This document shows positions 24,316-37,660 of a stretch of DNA of 64,000 bases, one piece after another. The position numbers were made by a program, and so were the translations under genes. The notes under the pieces were generated by a model, which saw nothing but the letters and a program-made list of their open reading frames with translations, had not been told where the DNA came from and did no database searches. Position 1 is the first letter of the stretch; the number at the start of each line of letters is the position of its first letter. This stretch comes from Octopus sinensis (Eukaryota): NCBI RefSeq assembly GCF_006345805.1, contig NC_042997.1, positions 19,654,001-19,718,000 of the forward strand, written 5' to 3'.

Positions 24316-25340
24316 TTCCCCTTTATGGTAGTGAGTTAGGTGGCTGACTCGGTGATACGTTGGATGAAATACATTGTGATGTGTTTAGTGTGTCTTTCCT
24401 TTATATTTTGAATTCATACGTTGTTGGTAGGATCTATTTGCCTTTCATCCTTCTGTGGTCAATAATAAATGCACCAGTTGCTATTTCGCACCAGTTTGTC
24501 CATGGTTGAGCAGATCTATGTTCAAAAGCATTTTGGCCATGACCATTTGTTTTAAGGTTAAGTAGTACTGCATTATGCCCCAGTCATATGTAGATTTGAA
24601 GTAATCTATTTGATTTAATCTTCTCTATATCCCCTTCACATACAGACAAAGAATGCTTGTAGCAGTGCCAAAATTTGAAATATATATATAGTACTCTTTA
24701 GACCAGTGGTTTCCAATCGTTTTGCTTTCATAATAACTAGAGATCAAATAAAAATTACTGATGCAATTCAAACAGAAAGTTTCAAAAATAAAAACAGCTG
24801 AAAGTAAAAAATTTAGAAAGAAAACAGAAAACTATTAGTCTCCTTGTTTTTTTTTAATCATACTTCTATAAAACAAAATCATGAATAACATACTTTTGAG
24901 ATGTTCAAGCATTAGTATAATTTTTTCTGAAGCCTTCTATTATATTTATATAAATACTCAATGCGTCAAGATGTTCCTTATGGTACACCAGTTAAGCCAT
25001 GATATATCAGTTGAGTACCACTACTTTTAATACATTTATATTGGGCAAATATGAATTTAAGGCTATAAACTACAAACCAAGCGATTAGTGAATAAGAATT
25101 ATAACTACAAGCATAGAGAGAAAGTAATTTCAACGATAAAGAGATAGATATATGTCTTAATCAATCAGTTCTTGAAATGTACTATAGACATAGTGCTGAG
25201 GGATTAGCCATAGACATGGTATAGAAGAGGACAGAGACAATAACCAATGAAAATAAGCAATTGCATGAAGATAAAATTAGGGGGAAATGATGAAAAGTAT
25301 CAAATAAAAAGATGTGAAGAAGAGTGAAACTATATGTATT

Positions 25341-25569
25341 TCTTTACTGTCCACAAGGGGCTAAACATAGAGGGGACAAACAAGGACAGACAAAGGGATT
25401 ATGTCGATTACATCGACCCCAGTGCGAAACTGGTACTTAATATATCGACCCCGAAAGGATGAAAGGCAAAGTCGACCTCAGCGGAATTTGAACTCAGAAC
25501 GTAATGATAGACGAAATACCGCTAAGCATTTCGCCCAGCGCGCTAATGTTTCTGCCAGCTCGCCACCTT
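25341..25569 (-). mobile_element. SINE family A, full length with 19-bp TSD
   Basis: gagtgaaactatatgtatt at 25322-25340 and 25570-25588 flanks a copy homologous to 11894-12127. Confidence 0.95.
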
Positions 25570-27439
25570 GAGTGAAACTATATGTATTAACATTTTGAAA
25601 GGTATACTCTAGTTCACCTTATGATACTGAATTATCAAAAACTTTGTAGCCATCAATAAATTTAGCAAATCAAATAGAACCAGGATTTTATAAGTTTTGT
25701 TCTGCAATATTGCAGGTATTTACTTTCTTATCCCTTGATTAATGAATGATCAAATTGTTCTGGACATAGATTAAGTTTCCTAGTATAATTCTATGCACAT
25801 TCCTTTAACTAGCTAGTCTGGATTATGATTCTACAAATGATCCATAATTCTTCTTGCTAAGTGATAGTATTAAGAATAATTAACTTCATGACAATAATGA
25901 TTATAACATTTGTTAAATAATAAATATTCACTTAAAAACAATTAACAACAACATTGGAGTTTTATTGTTTTCGTAAAAACAATCAATCATATTAATTAAA
26001 ATGCATACGGATTTCCTTTTACATTATAAATATTCTGAAATTAAATTAATAGCAAAATATTAAATTTTAAAAATATCATTTCTTAAAGTATTTAAATAAA
26101 TGTGCATAGCAAAATGATATAAACTTTGAATTTTACAAAAATTTGAAGTAAAATAAATATTCCTTAAATATTAATATATAAGTTGCAGATTGCATTATAC
26201 CAGGCCAAAGTGTAAATATTAAGGACTTTAGAACTAACTTCTTTCCAGCAATCATTATTCTTTTATCTTTTATAGTTTTTTTTTTTTTTCAGATAATTAA
26301 AGAACAAATATAAAGAAGAGGTTGAAGAAAATATGCAACTTTAGCAAGTAGTCTTACTTTTTAATTTATTTTTGCTTTTCCTTACCGATACACATCCTCC
26401 CACTGCACTTCACTTCCCTATTTCTTTCCTTCTCTCTTTCTTGCAGACAAAACTAGCATTATAGATATCATATTGCATGACAGATTTACTCTCTAAATTA
26501 TAGTAGTAATTTTGCTATAAGCAATAGGCATTTCAAAAAGCCAGCTGGTTATGACAGCAGTAAGCTAACCATTCAGCAGTAGATTATCATGTAATAAGCT
26601 CACTAAGAAGGGGCTAAAAACTAATTTGAAAATGGTGGAAAGAGTCTGCAGTATTGATTTTGAGATAGTTTTTATCCAGTCATGTTTAAGAAGCATTTTA
26701 TGAAGGGACAAGCTATTGAAAATTGACATTCATCATCATAGCAATCCCAAAGAAATTTTGCCAAAACTTAGGTTCTATTAATGAGAAAAATTTTGATAAA
26801 AATATAGAAAATGAAAAAAAGACTCACACAAAACAAGAATCGTTACAATTCTGTTTCAGTGAATAAGAATTAAAGAAGATAAACTGAAATATATGCAAGG
26901 GGGTGGGAAATTGATCAAATAATATTCAGTAATAGAGTTCAATTCAACATGTTACTTCTATTCTCAACAAGATCATTGATAAATGACTGCAAAATGTTTG
27001 AATGCATAAACCTTTTTAACAGATAAGTGAAGTTTTGTAGAATTAATAGAATTTAAATGTGGTCTAAGGCAATAAGGCAAAGAATCAAATACTTTCACAT
27101 AAGTTAGTGACATACTAAAATATACATCAAGTAATGGAATATTATGTAGATACAGTAAATTTATTTCAGTTTCCTGGGGTGTAAGTTAGATATTATTCTC
27201 ATTAATTTATCTCAATCCACCAATCTAAAAATGCTACCCAGTCTCTCTTTATATTTCCAAGAAACTTAAAATATTTGATGTCAGAACCATAACCTTGTCG
27301 ATCAAAATACTTTGCGACATTTTGTCCAAATTTACGTTTTGAGTTCAAATTCTACCAAGGTCAATTTTACCTTTCATCTTTTCAGAGTCAATAAATAAGT
27401 ACCAGTTGAGCACTGGGGTTGATGTAATTGTATCGAGTG

Positions 27440-27725
27440 AGGTCATTGCCAGTGGCGCTGGACTGCCTCCTGTGCAGGTGGCACGTAAAAAACACCATTT
27501 GAGCGTGGCCGTTGCCAGTACCGCCTGACTAGACCACGTGCCAGTGGCACATAAAAGCACCCAGTACACTCTCAGAGTGGTTGGCGTTAGGAAGGACATC
27601 CAACTGTAGAAACTCTGTCAAATCAACATTGAAGCTTGGTGCAGCCATCTGGTTTGCCAGTCCTCAGTCAAATCATCCAACCTATGCTAGCATGGAAAGC
27701 GGACGTTAAATGATGATGATGATGA
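27440..27725 (+). mobile_element. RTE-type 3' end repeat (family D)
   Basis: ggcacgtaaaaaacacc...acactctcagagtggttggcgttaggaagg...gctagcatggaaagcggacgttaaatgatgatgatg. Confidence 0.85.
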
Positions 27726-28550
27726 TATATATATATATATACATACATATCTACATATATACTATATATTATTCACTATTTACTATTTAATTGAATACCA
27801 GACGCCCATTTTTCAAATTCTATCTTTGGTGAGTTAACTTGGGATTCTCAAATGACAATATAATTAAGGTACCTTCAGTCTGGTGAGTAGCTCACTGAGT
27901 AAACCTTGTTGAGTAATTATTACATCAGAAAATCTGCTAGCCAGGAAACATATGTAGCTAGTATTTTACCTGTTCCACTCCCTCAATTTGAATTTTTATT
28001 TGCCTTCATCGCAACTATAATTCCTAAACATGAACTTTACATGTGTGTGTGTTTGTGTGTATAATAAACTCTCTTCACTGGATCCAGAGAGTTGTTTGAT
28101 TGAATTTTCTGGATACCTGATCCTCACTCTTTAAATTACCATAGCATCTTATAAAGTTCATTAAAACACAACATAAGCAATAAGTATTATCGTTAGTAAT
28201 CTAAATATAATAGAAACAAGAGAAATATGAAGAAATAAATGTGTAATTTCAGTAAAGAACAAATTTTATTATCCTAATAAAATACAGGAACTGCAAATGA
28301 AGTAAAGTAAAATAAAACACCCTACTTTTGAGAAGCAACAATTCATTTTAGATACAGTAGAGACTTTCTTTTAATAGCAATTAATTAACTCATATTAGCA
28401 CAAACTCTCTTTATACTAATTAATACAGTTTATTTCCAATAAAATATACATCACTGAATAATGGACTTTTGTTTTCCCAAAACATTGAGACTACAGATGC
28501 CATGATGCATCTTAGATCTTGTAAGCCATCTAAATGGGAATGTTCACTAT

Positions 28551-28994
28551 TACTCTCTTTTACTCTTTTACTTGTTTCAGTCATTTGAATGTGGCCATGC
28601 TGGAGCATCGTCTTTAGTCGACCAAATCGACCCCAGGACTTATTCTTTGTAAGCCTAGTACTTATTCTATCAGTCTCTTTTTGCCGAATCGCTTAGTTAC
28701 GTGATGTAAACACATCAGCATCGGTTGCCAAGCAATGTTGGGGAAACAAACACAGACACACAGACATATACACACACATACATACATACATACATACATA
28801 CATACGTATATATATATATATATGTGTATACGACAGGCTTCTTTCAGTTTCTGTCAACCAAATCCACTCAAAAGGCTTTGGTCAGCCTAAGGCTATAGTA
28901 GAAGACACTTGCTTAAGGTGCCACACAGTGGAACTGAACCCGGAACCATGTGGTTGGTAAGCAAGCTACTTACCACACAGCCACTCCTACGCCT
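28551..28994 (-). mobile_element. SINE family B, full length (head, CORE-like, internal TA/CA microsatellite, tail)
   Basis: Head at 28829-28994, microsatellite at ~28760-28828, tail at 28551-28760. Serves as the reference for the split copy at 14755/19790. Confidence 0.92.
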
Positions 28995-30140
28995 ATTCAT
29001 GGCTCTTCATTTTCTTCTGAAAATCCTTCAACTTCTTGATTATTATGGGGCCTGAAATACATACTCTTTCTGGTCTTTTAATTGGAAACTAGCACATCCT
29101 GCCTGATGTGCTAATGAGGCAATAGAAAAAATTATAATTACTCCCTCAATCTATAAACATATGTGTGTGTTTCTGTGTGAGTGAATTCAATTTTAGTGTT
29201 ATAGGTAACATGTAACTCAGTACAACCTGTCCCTTGTTCACACCTGCAACTAAACCGATAACCTTACAAAACCTGCTTGGTTTTTGTTGGAGACTCTGTA
29301 GGATGGAAAACAAACCTGTCAAATGCCAGATAAACACAGTAGAGGAAATGGTCTTCCAATATGTGGGATTGAAATACTCTTAGTCTTTGTTTAGACTTTG
29401 CTTAGACTTTCTGAAAACCTGTGACTTTGTTTGTAACCAATGATATAGATGAGTTCTTTTGGGCAAATGCGTATGTTGTTTAGAGAGAGGCATTGGCCTT
29501 GTGAAGGGTAATTCCTTGCTCCAGAAATTTTAGGCACAGACATTGCTGCATATTAAAACTCTCAGTTGTGTGTTACATATAATGGTAATAACTGAAAAAA
29601 GTGAAACATTTCATAAAAAATTCCCCGGTGGAATAAATGCATGTGTCAGTGTTGGTAATAAACTCTCTGAGCACCTACTGCAAGAGGTGCCCATTGCTGT
29701 CAAGTTTGTTCAAAAGAGTGTAGGTACCTGGCAAAAATGTAATGTCACTTCTCTGCTGCTCGTGCTTAAGAGAACAATAGGGTGATGACATTGCTCAGAA
29801 TCAAGTAGCACCAAGCCCTACTGTCTGCTTTGGTGCAGGGTTTCTATGACTGAATGCCTTCCTATCACTAACCCCTTTACAGAGATTCCTAGGTACTTTC
29901 AAGGGACAAGGAAGTTATTGTAAGTGGAATGGTGAGTGAGAAAGACATTTACAAAAGTGTAAAATGGGAAGTGGGAAGAGAAGGGGAATGCTGAGAGTGG
30001 AGAACATAGGTGTATCAGGGAGCAGCAGGATAGCAATGATATAGTTGGCAAGGAGAAGATAGGTGAGAGAGAAAGAGAAAGGCGGACAAGCATAGAGCAT
30101 TTAGGGATGTAGGTTGGTTCATTGGGGTCAGATGTGATAT

Positions 30141-30180
<40 letters not shown>

Positions 30181-30184
<4 letters not shown>

Positions 30185-31378
30185 GTTATTAAGAATGAAA
30201 ATCCGATTTTCTTACCCACCAAGTTTGACAGACGTTAACTCTAATGTTTTACCTTGATAATTCTTTGTTTAAAAACACTGAAAAGTTACATCATCACTAT
30301 TCGAAATGCAATTCATGGTATCTGATTAGGCTGTGTGTTTTCTCTTGTAAATTAATTTTTGTGAACCCATGGATAGATCAAGGCATCTCAGACAGCTTGA
30401 AACACCAACAGGGTGTGGTGAAGATGAGCGCACTGTATGTTGATGGTTTGAGAAGTTCCAGTCTGGTGGCTTTACTCTTGAAAATCAGCCCCGTGAGAGA
30501 CCTGAGACCAAGGTGGATAATGATGAGCTGGAAACTGTAGTGGAAGCAGATACATCTCAAACTACGCTTGAGTTAGCAGCAAGGTTTGATGTTTTGATTC
30601 TAACTGTATTGAATCATCTGAAACAAATCAGCAAAGTAAAGAAGCTGGACAAATGGGTACCATATGAACTGAATGAGCATCAAATGACATGTCGTCTTGA
30701 AACTTGATGTTCTTTGCTGTCATGGCATAAAAGTGAACCCTTTTTGCATTGTATTGTCACGTGTGAGGAAAAAGGGATTCTTTTCAACAATAGCAGGCGT
30801 TCTGCGTGGTGGTTGGATAGAGACAAAGTGCCAAAATACAATCCAAAAAAAGAATATTCACCAAAACAAGCTTATGGTGTGTGTTTGGTGGTCCAATGCT
30901 GGTGTAATTCACTACAGCTTCATGAGACCTGGTAAATCAATAACAGCAGATTGGATGAAATTATGAGTGGACTTGCAATTAAGCAACCAAAATTGGTCAA
31001 TAGACACAGGCCAATTCTCTTGCAAGACAATGCTTGACCACATATTGCACAAAGAATGCTACTCAAGTTACAGGAACTGAACTTGGAAATACTCTGTCAT
31101 CCATTATATTCACCAGACCTTGCACCAACTGACTAGACATTAGACAACATTCTTCAAGGAAAAAATATCAAATCTGAAGAAGATGCAAAAACTGCTTTTC
31201 GTGATTTCATCACCTCTTGCTCTCCAGAATTCTTTGCTGCTGGCACAAATAAGCTACCGATAAAATGGCAAAATTGTGTTGATAATTTAGGTGTATACTT
31301 TGATTAACTGCATTACTTTTTGTTGAGATAAGTAAAATAAACTTTCTGTTCAAAATCGGATATTTCTTTCTTAATGAC

Positions 31379-31382
<4 letters not shown>
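30181..31382 (+). mobile_element. Mariner DNA transposon, full length, transposase disrupted
   Basis: ~30-bp TIRs (tcaggttattaagaatgaaaatccgatttt vs reverse complement tcaggtcattaagaaagaaatatccgatttt), embedded in (TA)n. Motifs KLDKWVPYEL, IVTCEEKGI, KLMVCVWW, LLQDNA, HPLYSPDLAPTD. Confidence 0.95.
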
Positions 31383-31457
<75 letters not shown>

Positions 31458-32256
31458 ATACATACATACATATATACATACATACATACATACACACACA
31501 CATATATATATATATATCACTTATGTTCATTTATGGGAAATGCTTTTGAATGTGCATATAAAAGCTCCTATTTTCTTATGCAGGCTATAGCCAAATGATA
31601 CCAACTGGCAATAGCAGTTTTTAGGGTCACACTGAGCTGTGTCGATAATAAAGGATAAATATATAATAATAATAATAATAATAATAAAAATAATAATGAT
31701 AATAATAATAATCTATGGATGTAATTTATTGATATTTTAAGGCATCATTACATGCATTTCCACTATGATCTTAAGAAACATATGATTTGTGGAAACACAT
31801 GTAGTGATGCATTAAAATATTTATAAATTCCATCTATGGATTATTATCATTATTATTACTACACACACACACACACACAGAGTCATATACATATATACAT
31901 ATATATATATGTACAGACACATGCATAAATACATATGTACATGTATACATATGTATATATACATACAGACAGTCACATATATACTTACATAGACTCATAT
32001 ATATACACATGTACACACACATACACACACATACATCAGTATAATATACCTACGTGGTAGGTCCACTGATACAAATCTTGAACAATACACTGAAATAAGA
32101 CCTAATACAAGACATAGAACAGTCATGTTTTAACATGTTTTAACAACTACTCCGTCTTGTCAGTGATTGATTAAAAAGTCAATAAACTTTTTCTGTGGTT
32201 GAAAAATATCCAGATCCATAATGGTGCTATGGTTTAGTGATATATATCATATAATA

Positions 32257-32470
32257 TCTTTATATATATAAAACTGAGAATGTGTGTGTGTGTGTGTCTG
32301 TCTGTCTGTGTGTTTCTATATATATATCTCTCTATATATAAAACTGAGAATGTGTGTCTGTCTGTCTGTGTGTTTCCCTAAAACTTGAGAACTACACAAC
32401 CAATTTCATTCAAATTTTACACATGCCTTAATTAGGGTCCAAGGAGTGTCATCGGCAAAAAAATGTTAAA
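32257..32470 (+). mobile_element. Two tandem non-autonomous Helitron-like 5' ends, truncated
   Basis: TC(t)tatatataaaactgagaatgtgtgt(ctgt)n at 32257 and 32327, similar to the 32672 head. No CTAG end found. Confidence 0.6.
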
Positions 32471-32671
32471 AGTGAAACAAAAACGTTTCTCTATTTTATG
32501 TCAGATACTTTCACTTTAACAATAATAATAATAATAACAATTGAATTATATGTAGTAAGTAATAATTAAAATCAAACTAAAGTAACATGACAAAAGTAAA
32601 AATAGCAATTGGTATAAAATTGCATCAATGATTTGAACTTGAATAAGTGGTTTCACATGAATGGGAATAAA

Positions 32672-33188
32672 TCTCTATATATAAAACTGTAGTTGTGTGA
32701 GTGTCTGTCTCCTACGATTTAGATTCCTAACTCCTCCCACATTTTGCGGTGCAGTTTAACCAAATTCGGGTATCTTATAGTTGTGATTAATATCAAGCCC
32801 GTCTGGCTATTAGCGCGCGTCTACGATGAGTCTACGAATTTTAAAATAATTTAACATCATTTTTTATTCCATTTTAATGCATAATTTTTCGTGTGACGAT
32901 GGCGGTGGAGTTGGCGTCCACGCTCAAACACCTGCACCTGTGTTTGCTTCTCCCCCTTCTTTCCTCCCTCGTGAAGCTGTGGGGAAGGGAGTTTAAGGAA
33001 ATCAACGTCGTAATGCGTTGTCAAGGAGACCACCGTTCTTTTAGAACAACGACTTCATGGCTTGAAGACACCAAAACAGAAATGGCTAAGAAAGCCCGAA
33101 TTGGCATCTATAAAGGAAGTAACTCTCTAAAAATGCTTATATAGTTATTTCCCTTACAAACCCAAGCAACGCCGGGCGATACTGCTAG
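32672..33188 (+). mobile_element. Non-autonomous Helitron
   Basis: A/TC 5' end (atctctatatataaaactg), subterminal ccc..ggg hairpin (cccaagcaacgccggg), CTAG/T 3' end, no TSD. Confidence 0.85.
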
Positions 33189-36064
33189 TTAAAAATAAAA
33201 TTAACGTGCAGAAATGGAATAGTCCAGATGGATAATAAAAATTTAAATTAAAGAAAAGACTATTGTCTATAAAGTATACAATGTAGAGAAAAAAGATTTG
33301 AACACATGGAGGAAAGTACCTTCGAAAAGTGTCTTGGTGCGACTATGAAAGGTTTCTAATCAGAGGCGGTAAATTCACCACAATAGAAGCAAGGTTCGAG
33401 TCAACGGAGCGTGCAAGGGAGTACTCGACTCGAACTTGCAAAGTGGAAATATTTTATTTTTACCTTTATATCTGGGATGTAGGACGTCCTGGAAAAAAAT
33501 TTTAAATGCCCCCTCCCCCCAGAAGTTGAGGTAGGCTGGATTGTAGCCACACTACTATACAAGAGGGAGGACAAGATACAATTGATCGAAATTACAAGAG
33601 ACGGGCTAACAATTCTAGTCTGTTATATATTTTGAGTATTGTTATCACTAGCGATATCAAGATATAACTTTGTATTTTGTATTTTATGTGTAGATGTATA
33701 TATATAGATGTACATGTAATATGTACACATATATATACACATATATACATGCACTAGCACTATGACCTGGCAACGACGAGTCTTTAATGCTAGTATTATA
33801 TAAAATCCGTTCTGTGTGTGTGTGTGTGTGTGTGTTCTAGGGTCTCAGGCATCCTCCATCCGATTGTGCTCAAATTTGATATGTAAATACCGACGGTATC
33901 AGAGCGTGTGTAAGTCTTGAAAAAATTGCAAAAATCGATTCCAGGTGAGAATGCGATCGATAAAGCCATGGGAACGTGTATTTGTAAAATCGTTTTTCTT
34001 GGAATAGAAAAAAGTCTATCCTTATTTCTTCTTTTGCTGGTGTCTCAAATTTAGGTTAAATCAGTGTTTCTGAAAGGGGAGGCCTATGGGACGGTCAGAC
34101 AAGTTATTTTGAGAAAATTTGGTTTAAATGTTTGACAACTCAGCACCGTCCATTGGATGACGGTGGGGGGGGGGGGGGCTTTTGCTCGTATCATTATAAA
34201 AGACAATTAGTGTTTGTAATTGTTTTCGGAGTTGTGTAATGATTTTAGCTGTGTATAATTACTGTGTTGTGAGGATGAAGCATTTATGTTATATTTTGTA
34301 TTAAATGTATAGTATAATACATTTGGTCTCTTTGAATGACTGAGAATGTATTCAAGAGTTCTTAACGATCAAGACTACAATTAGTTTGAGTTGCATACAA
34401 TGGTGTCATTTGACTAAAGTCTTTGTAACTATATTGCATAGATTTTCTGCTGCTTATTCTTAAGATTAATTAACAAAGTAAATCAAATATTTTTGAAATT
34501 TAATTGTTTTAGAAACATTTGTTTAAGTTTTCATTTTGGTTATATACATAATTTTTAAGGATGCCATCATATGTTAGAAAGTGAATCATATTATAGCTGC
34601 ATAGGCACAGACATGGCTATGTGGTTAAGAACTTTTGTTTCTCAACTACATGATTTTGGTTTCATTCCCAGTGCATGCCACTTTGGGCAAGTATCTTTGA
34701 AAGAATCCCATTGTGTGTGTGTGTGTGTCTCCTTGTCTTGACATCATGTGATAGTTGTAAACGAATATCACCTAAGCAGTGTCATTCATTTCTAATATTT
34801 TATGGTAATGTCTGGTCATGGAGAAATATTACCTGTCTTGAAAACAGGAGAGTTTTGGTGATGACAAGGACATTCAACAATAGAATATCTACTCCCAATA
34901 AATTCCATCAGGCTCATGAATGGATGGAAAAGTGGACGTTAAAACGACAACAAGTAGTTCCCACATTAAAATCAACTGTGAAGAACAAAAAAATTGTCAT
35001 TTCTTTTTCTTTATTTTCCTGAATGATAATGTAAGTTATCTTTCTCAGTTCAAATTAATTCATAGAGTAGTATTTGAAATAGAATTTGATTCAATAAGCT
35101 AATAATTTAAGAGTTCAATATTTATCTACAACTCTTCTACACAATTGAGTACATTTTCTTTTTATATATTTCCATCCATTTTCACATGTTTCTATCAATC
35201 TCTCCACCAGATTTTTCTCCATGGTTACAACTATATTTTTATTTGATAATATATATATATATGTGAAAATTTATATATATAAAAATAACAAAAAAATGAA
35301 GAAAATATATAACTGAATATTCTATAATTCTGAAAAAATATAATTAGAATAGCAATGGAACTGTTATTTATATCAATTTATATCAATTTTAATTTGATAA
35401 TGTTTTGGTTATGATAAGATTTCATATTCACCTTTTGATAAAATGTTGTGGATAAGCATATCAATCAAATTCATTAACAAAACAGATTACACATCTGTCA
35501 TATTATCTTTTGTTTAATGAAAACTATCACTGTTTATGTGGATGGTAAGGAAGATTAAATAAAATTAAAAGAAGAAAGGAAGTTCATTATTTGGAAAGAA
35601 TCAATTTAATTTAGCAAGCAATGCAGAAATATTAATAAACTTTATCCGGATTGGATCTAATCTTCCCTGAGATAAGGATACCACTGAAGATATAATAGAT
35701 TAACACAGGGTGGCGAGCTGACAGAATCATTAGCATGCTGGGCAAAATGCTTACTGGTATTTCGTCTGCTGTTATGTTCTGATTTCAAATTCGCTGAGGT
35801 CAACTTTGCTTTAAAGGCAGCAAGCTAGTAGAAGCGTGAGCATGCCGGGTTAAATGCTTAGCTGTATTTCATCTGTCTTTACATTCTGAGTTCAAATTCC
35901 GCCAAGGTTGACTTTGCCTTTTATCCTTTCAGGGTTGATAAATTAAGTACCAGTTGTGTACTGGGGTCGATCTAATTGACTGGCCCCCTCCCCCAAAATT
36001 TTGGGCCTTGTGCCTAGAGTAGAAAAGGCTATAATAGATTAACATACATATATGGAAGCACATA

Positions 36065-36386
36065 CAGTTGAACCTCGGTTTGTGAATGTAATTCATTCCT
36101 GAAAGTCATTCAGCAACTGAAATATTAATTATAAACCAAAACTATTTTTTTCCCTCCAGAAATTCAAGAGCAGGCATAGCATATTTGAGTAGGGATGTAC
36201 ACTGAGTGAAAGCTAGATAGCAGCTAATGTTCTCCTGCTGATACTCCCTGCTTGTCACCAATTGTTGTTGCTGGCTTGTGTGGTCATTCCTCAAAACACC
36301 ATCACCTGAGAAGTTTTATGTTCGAAAAATTGCTTGTAGACCAATTTGTTCATGATGAGGGGCATTCATAAACTGAGATTCCACTG
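36065..36386. mobile_element. Tigger/pogo-like MITE
   Basis: TA-flanked TIRs cagttgaacctcggtttgtgaat vs reverse complement cagtggaatctcagtttatgaat. Confidence 0.75.
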
Positions 36387-36759
36387 TATACATAAGTAAA
36401 ATGTAACTCAAGATTAAATTGATATGGATCAGAAATTTAACTTGTAGAAATTCCAAATATGAAAACAAAACCTGGAATCAAAGGGCCTTAAAGACAAAAG
36501 TGGTTGTTGGTAAGAAAGAAGATAAGACTTTCTTTGTCAGCTAAATGACCCTGCTCCATATGTAGGAAAGGAGTTAGAAGAAATTCCATTCATTGCACCT
36601 AGTGTAAACTATGGACACATAAAAGGTGCAGTGGTATCACAGGTAAATAAACAGATAGTGTAATCTTTGCAAGTGGTAGATGTGCAGGAACAATAAGTAC
36701 TAAGAGCCCACGGAAATTAGATTCCCTCAAGTGCCCAGGAGGCTCTCTTGAGGTTGTAG

Positions 36760-37310
36760 ATAGTTTCTGTTACCTAGGTGACCAAATTAGCAATGGTGGA
36801 GGATGCTCTGAAAGTATTGTTTCTAGAATAGGAATTGGGTGGCAGAAGTTCAGAGAGCTATTACCTCTGTTGGCAACAAAAAAGACTCTCTCTTAGAATA
36901 AAAGTAGACTATAAGACACTTATGTACAAACGGCTGTACTCCATGGACTCTGAATGCTGAAGACGTGTAGACTGGAGAGAAACGAAGGTAGTATGTTCTG
37001 CTGGATGTGCAACATCAGTGCATATGTATGACAAAGTGCAAATGTATTTGGAGAAAAGTTGGGCAAAAGAGGAATAAAATGTAGAATGCAAGAGAGATGA
37101 CTATGTTGGTTTTGATGTGTGATGTATGTGAAAAGAGAGACCCAGGAAGACATAGGATGAAGTGGTAAGGACATCTCAGGAAGTTGGATCTCGCAGAGGA
37201 AATGAACATGGACCAAAATGTCTAGTGATATGAAGTTCTTGAGAAGATCCACCCACATCAATGAAAGTGAGTTCTAGAAGCGCCACATGTCCCACCCACA
37301 CTTAACAAGT
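36760..37310 (+). pseudogene. RTE LINE ORF2 C-terminal and 3' relic
   Basis: agttcagagagctattacctctgttgg (KFRELLPLL) and later cccaggaagaca..ggatgaagtggt, shared with 60610-61140. Confidence 0.75.
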
Positions 37311-37572
37311 AAACTTCTCACACACTCCACTCGAAACGATAAATCATCCTTCTTTATTTCCTTTCCTGAGCGTCCAATAACACTACGCTTGTTCCATGTC
37401 CTTACGTTGTTGTGTTTTCTCTCTGTGCAAGTTTGAATTAACTATATATATATATATATATATATATACCGGAGTAAACACATAAATGTGAAACAAGGTG
37501 GAAAAAAGAGTACTCAAATACCAGTGGTAGAGTAATATGCTTTATTTAAAGCAGCAGAAAATTCAACAAAAT

Positions 37573-37610
37573 CTGTTACTCTGAGTTTCTTGTTGCCGTT
37601 CATCAAACAG
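37573..37610 (-). ncRNA. Minimal hammerhead motif, mirror copy with C3U core (TTGATGA)
   Basis: Reverse complement reads ctgt TTGATGA acggcaacaa GAAA ctcagag TA acag. Confidence 0.55.
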
Positions 37611-37622
37611 TTTTTGCAAAAA

Positions 37623-37660
37623 CTGTCTGATGAACGGCAACGAGAAACTCAGAGTAACAG
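37623..37660 (+). ncRNA. 38-nt minimal type I hammerhead ribozyme motif
   Basis: ctgt CTGATGA acg-gcaa-cga GAAA ctc-a-gag TA acag: 4-bp stem I, GNRA-capped stem II, near-palindromic stem III that cannot close as a monomer, GUA triplet ending at 37656. Confidence 0.75.
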
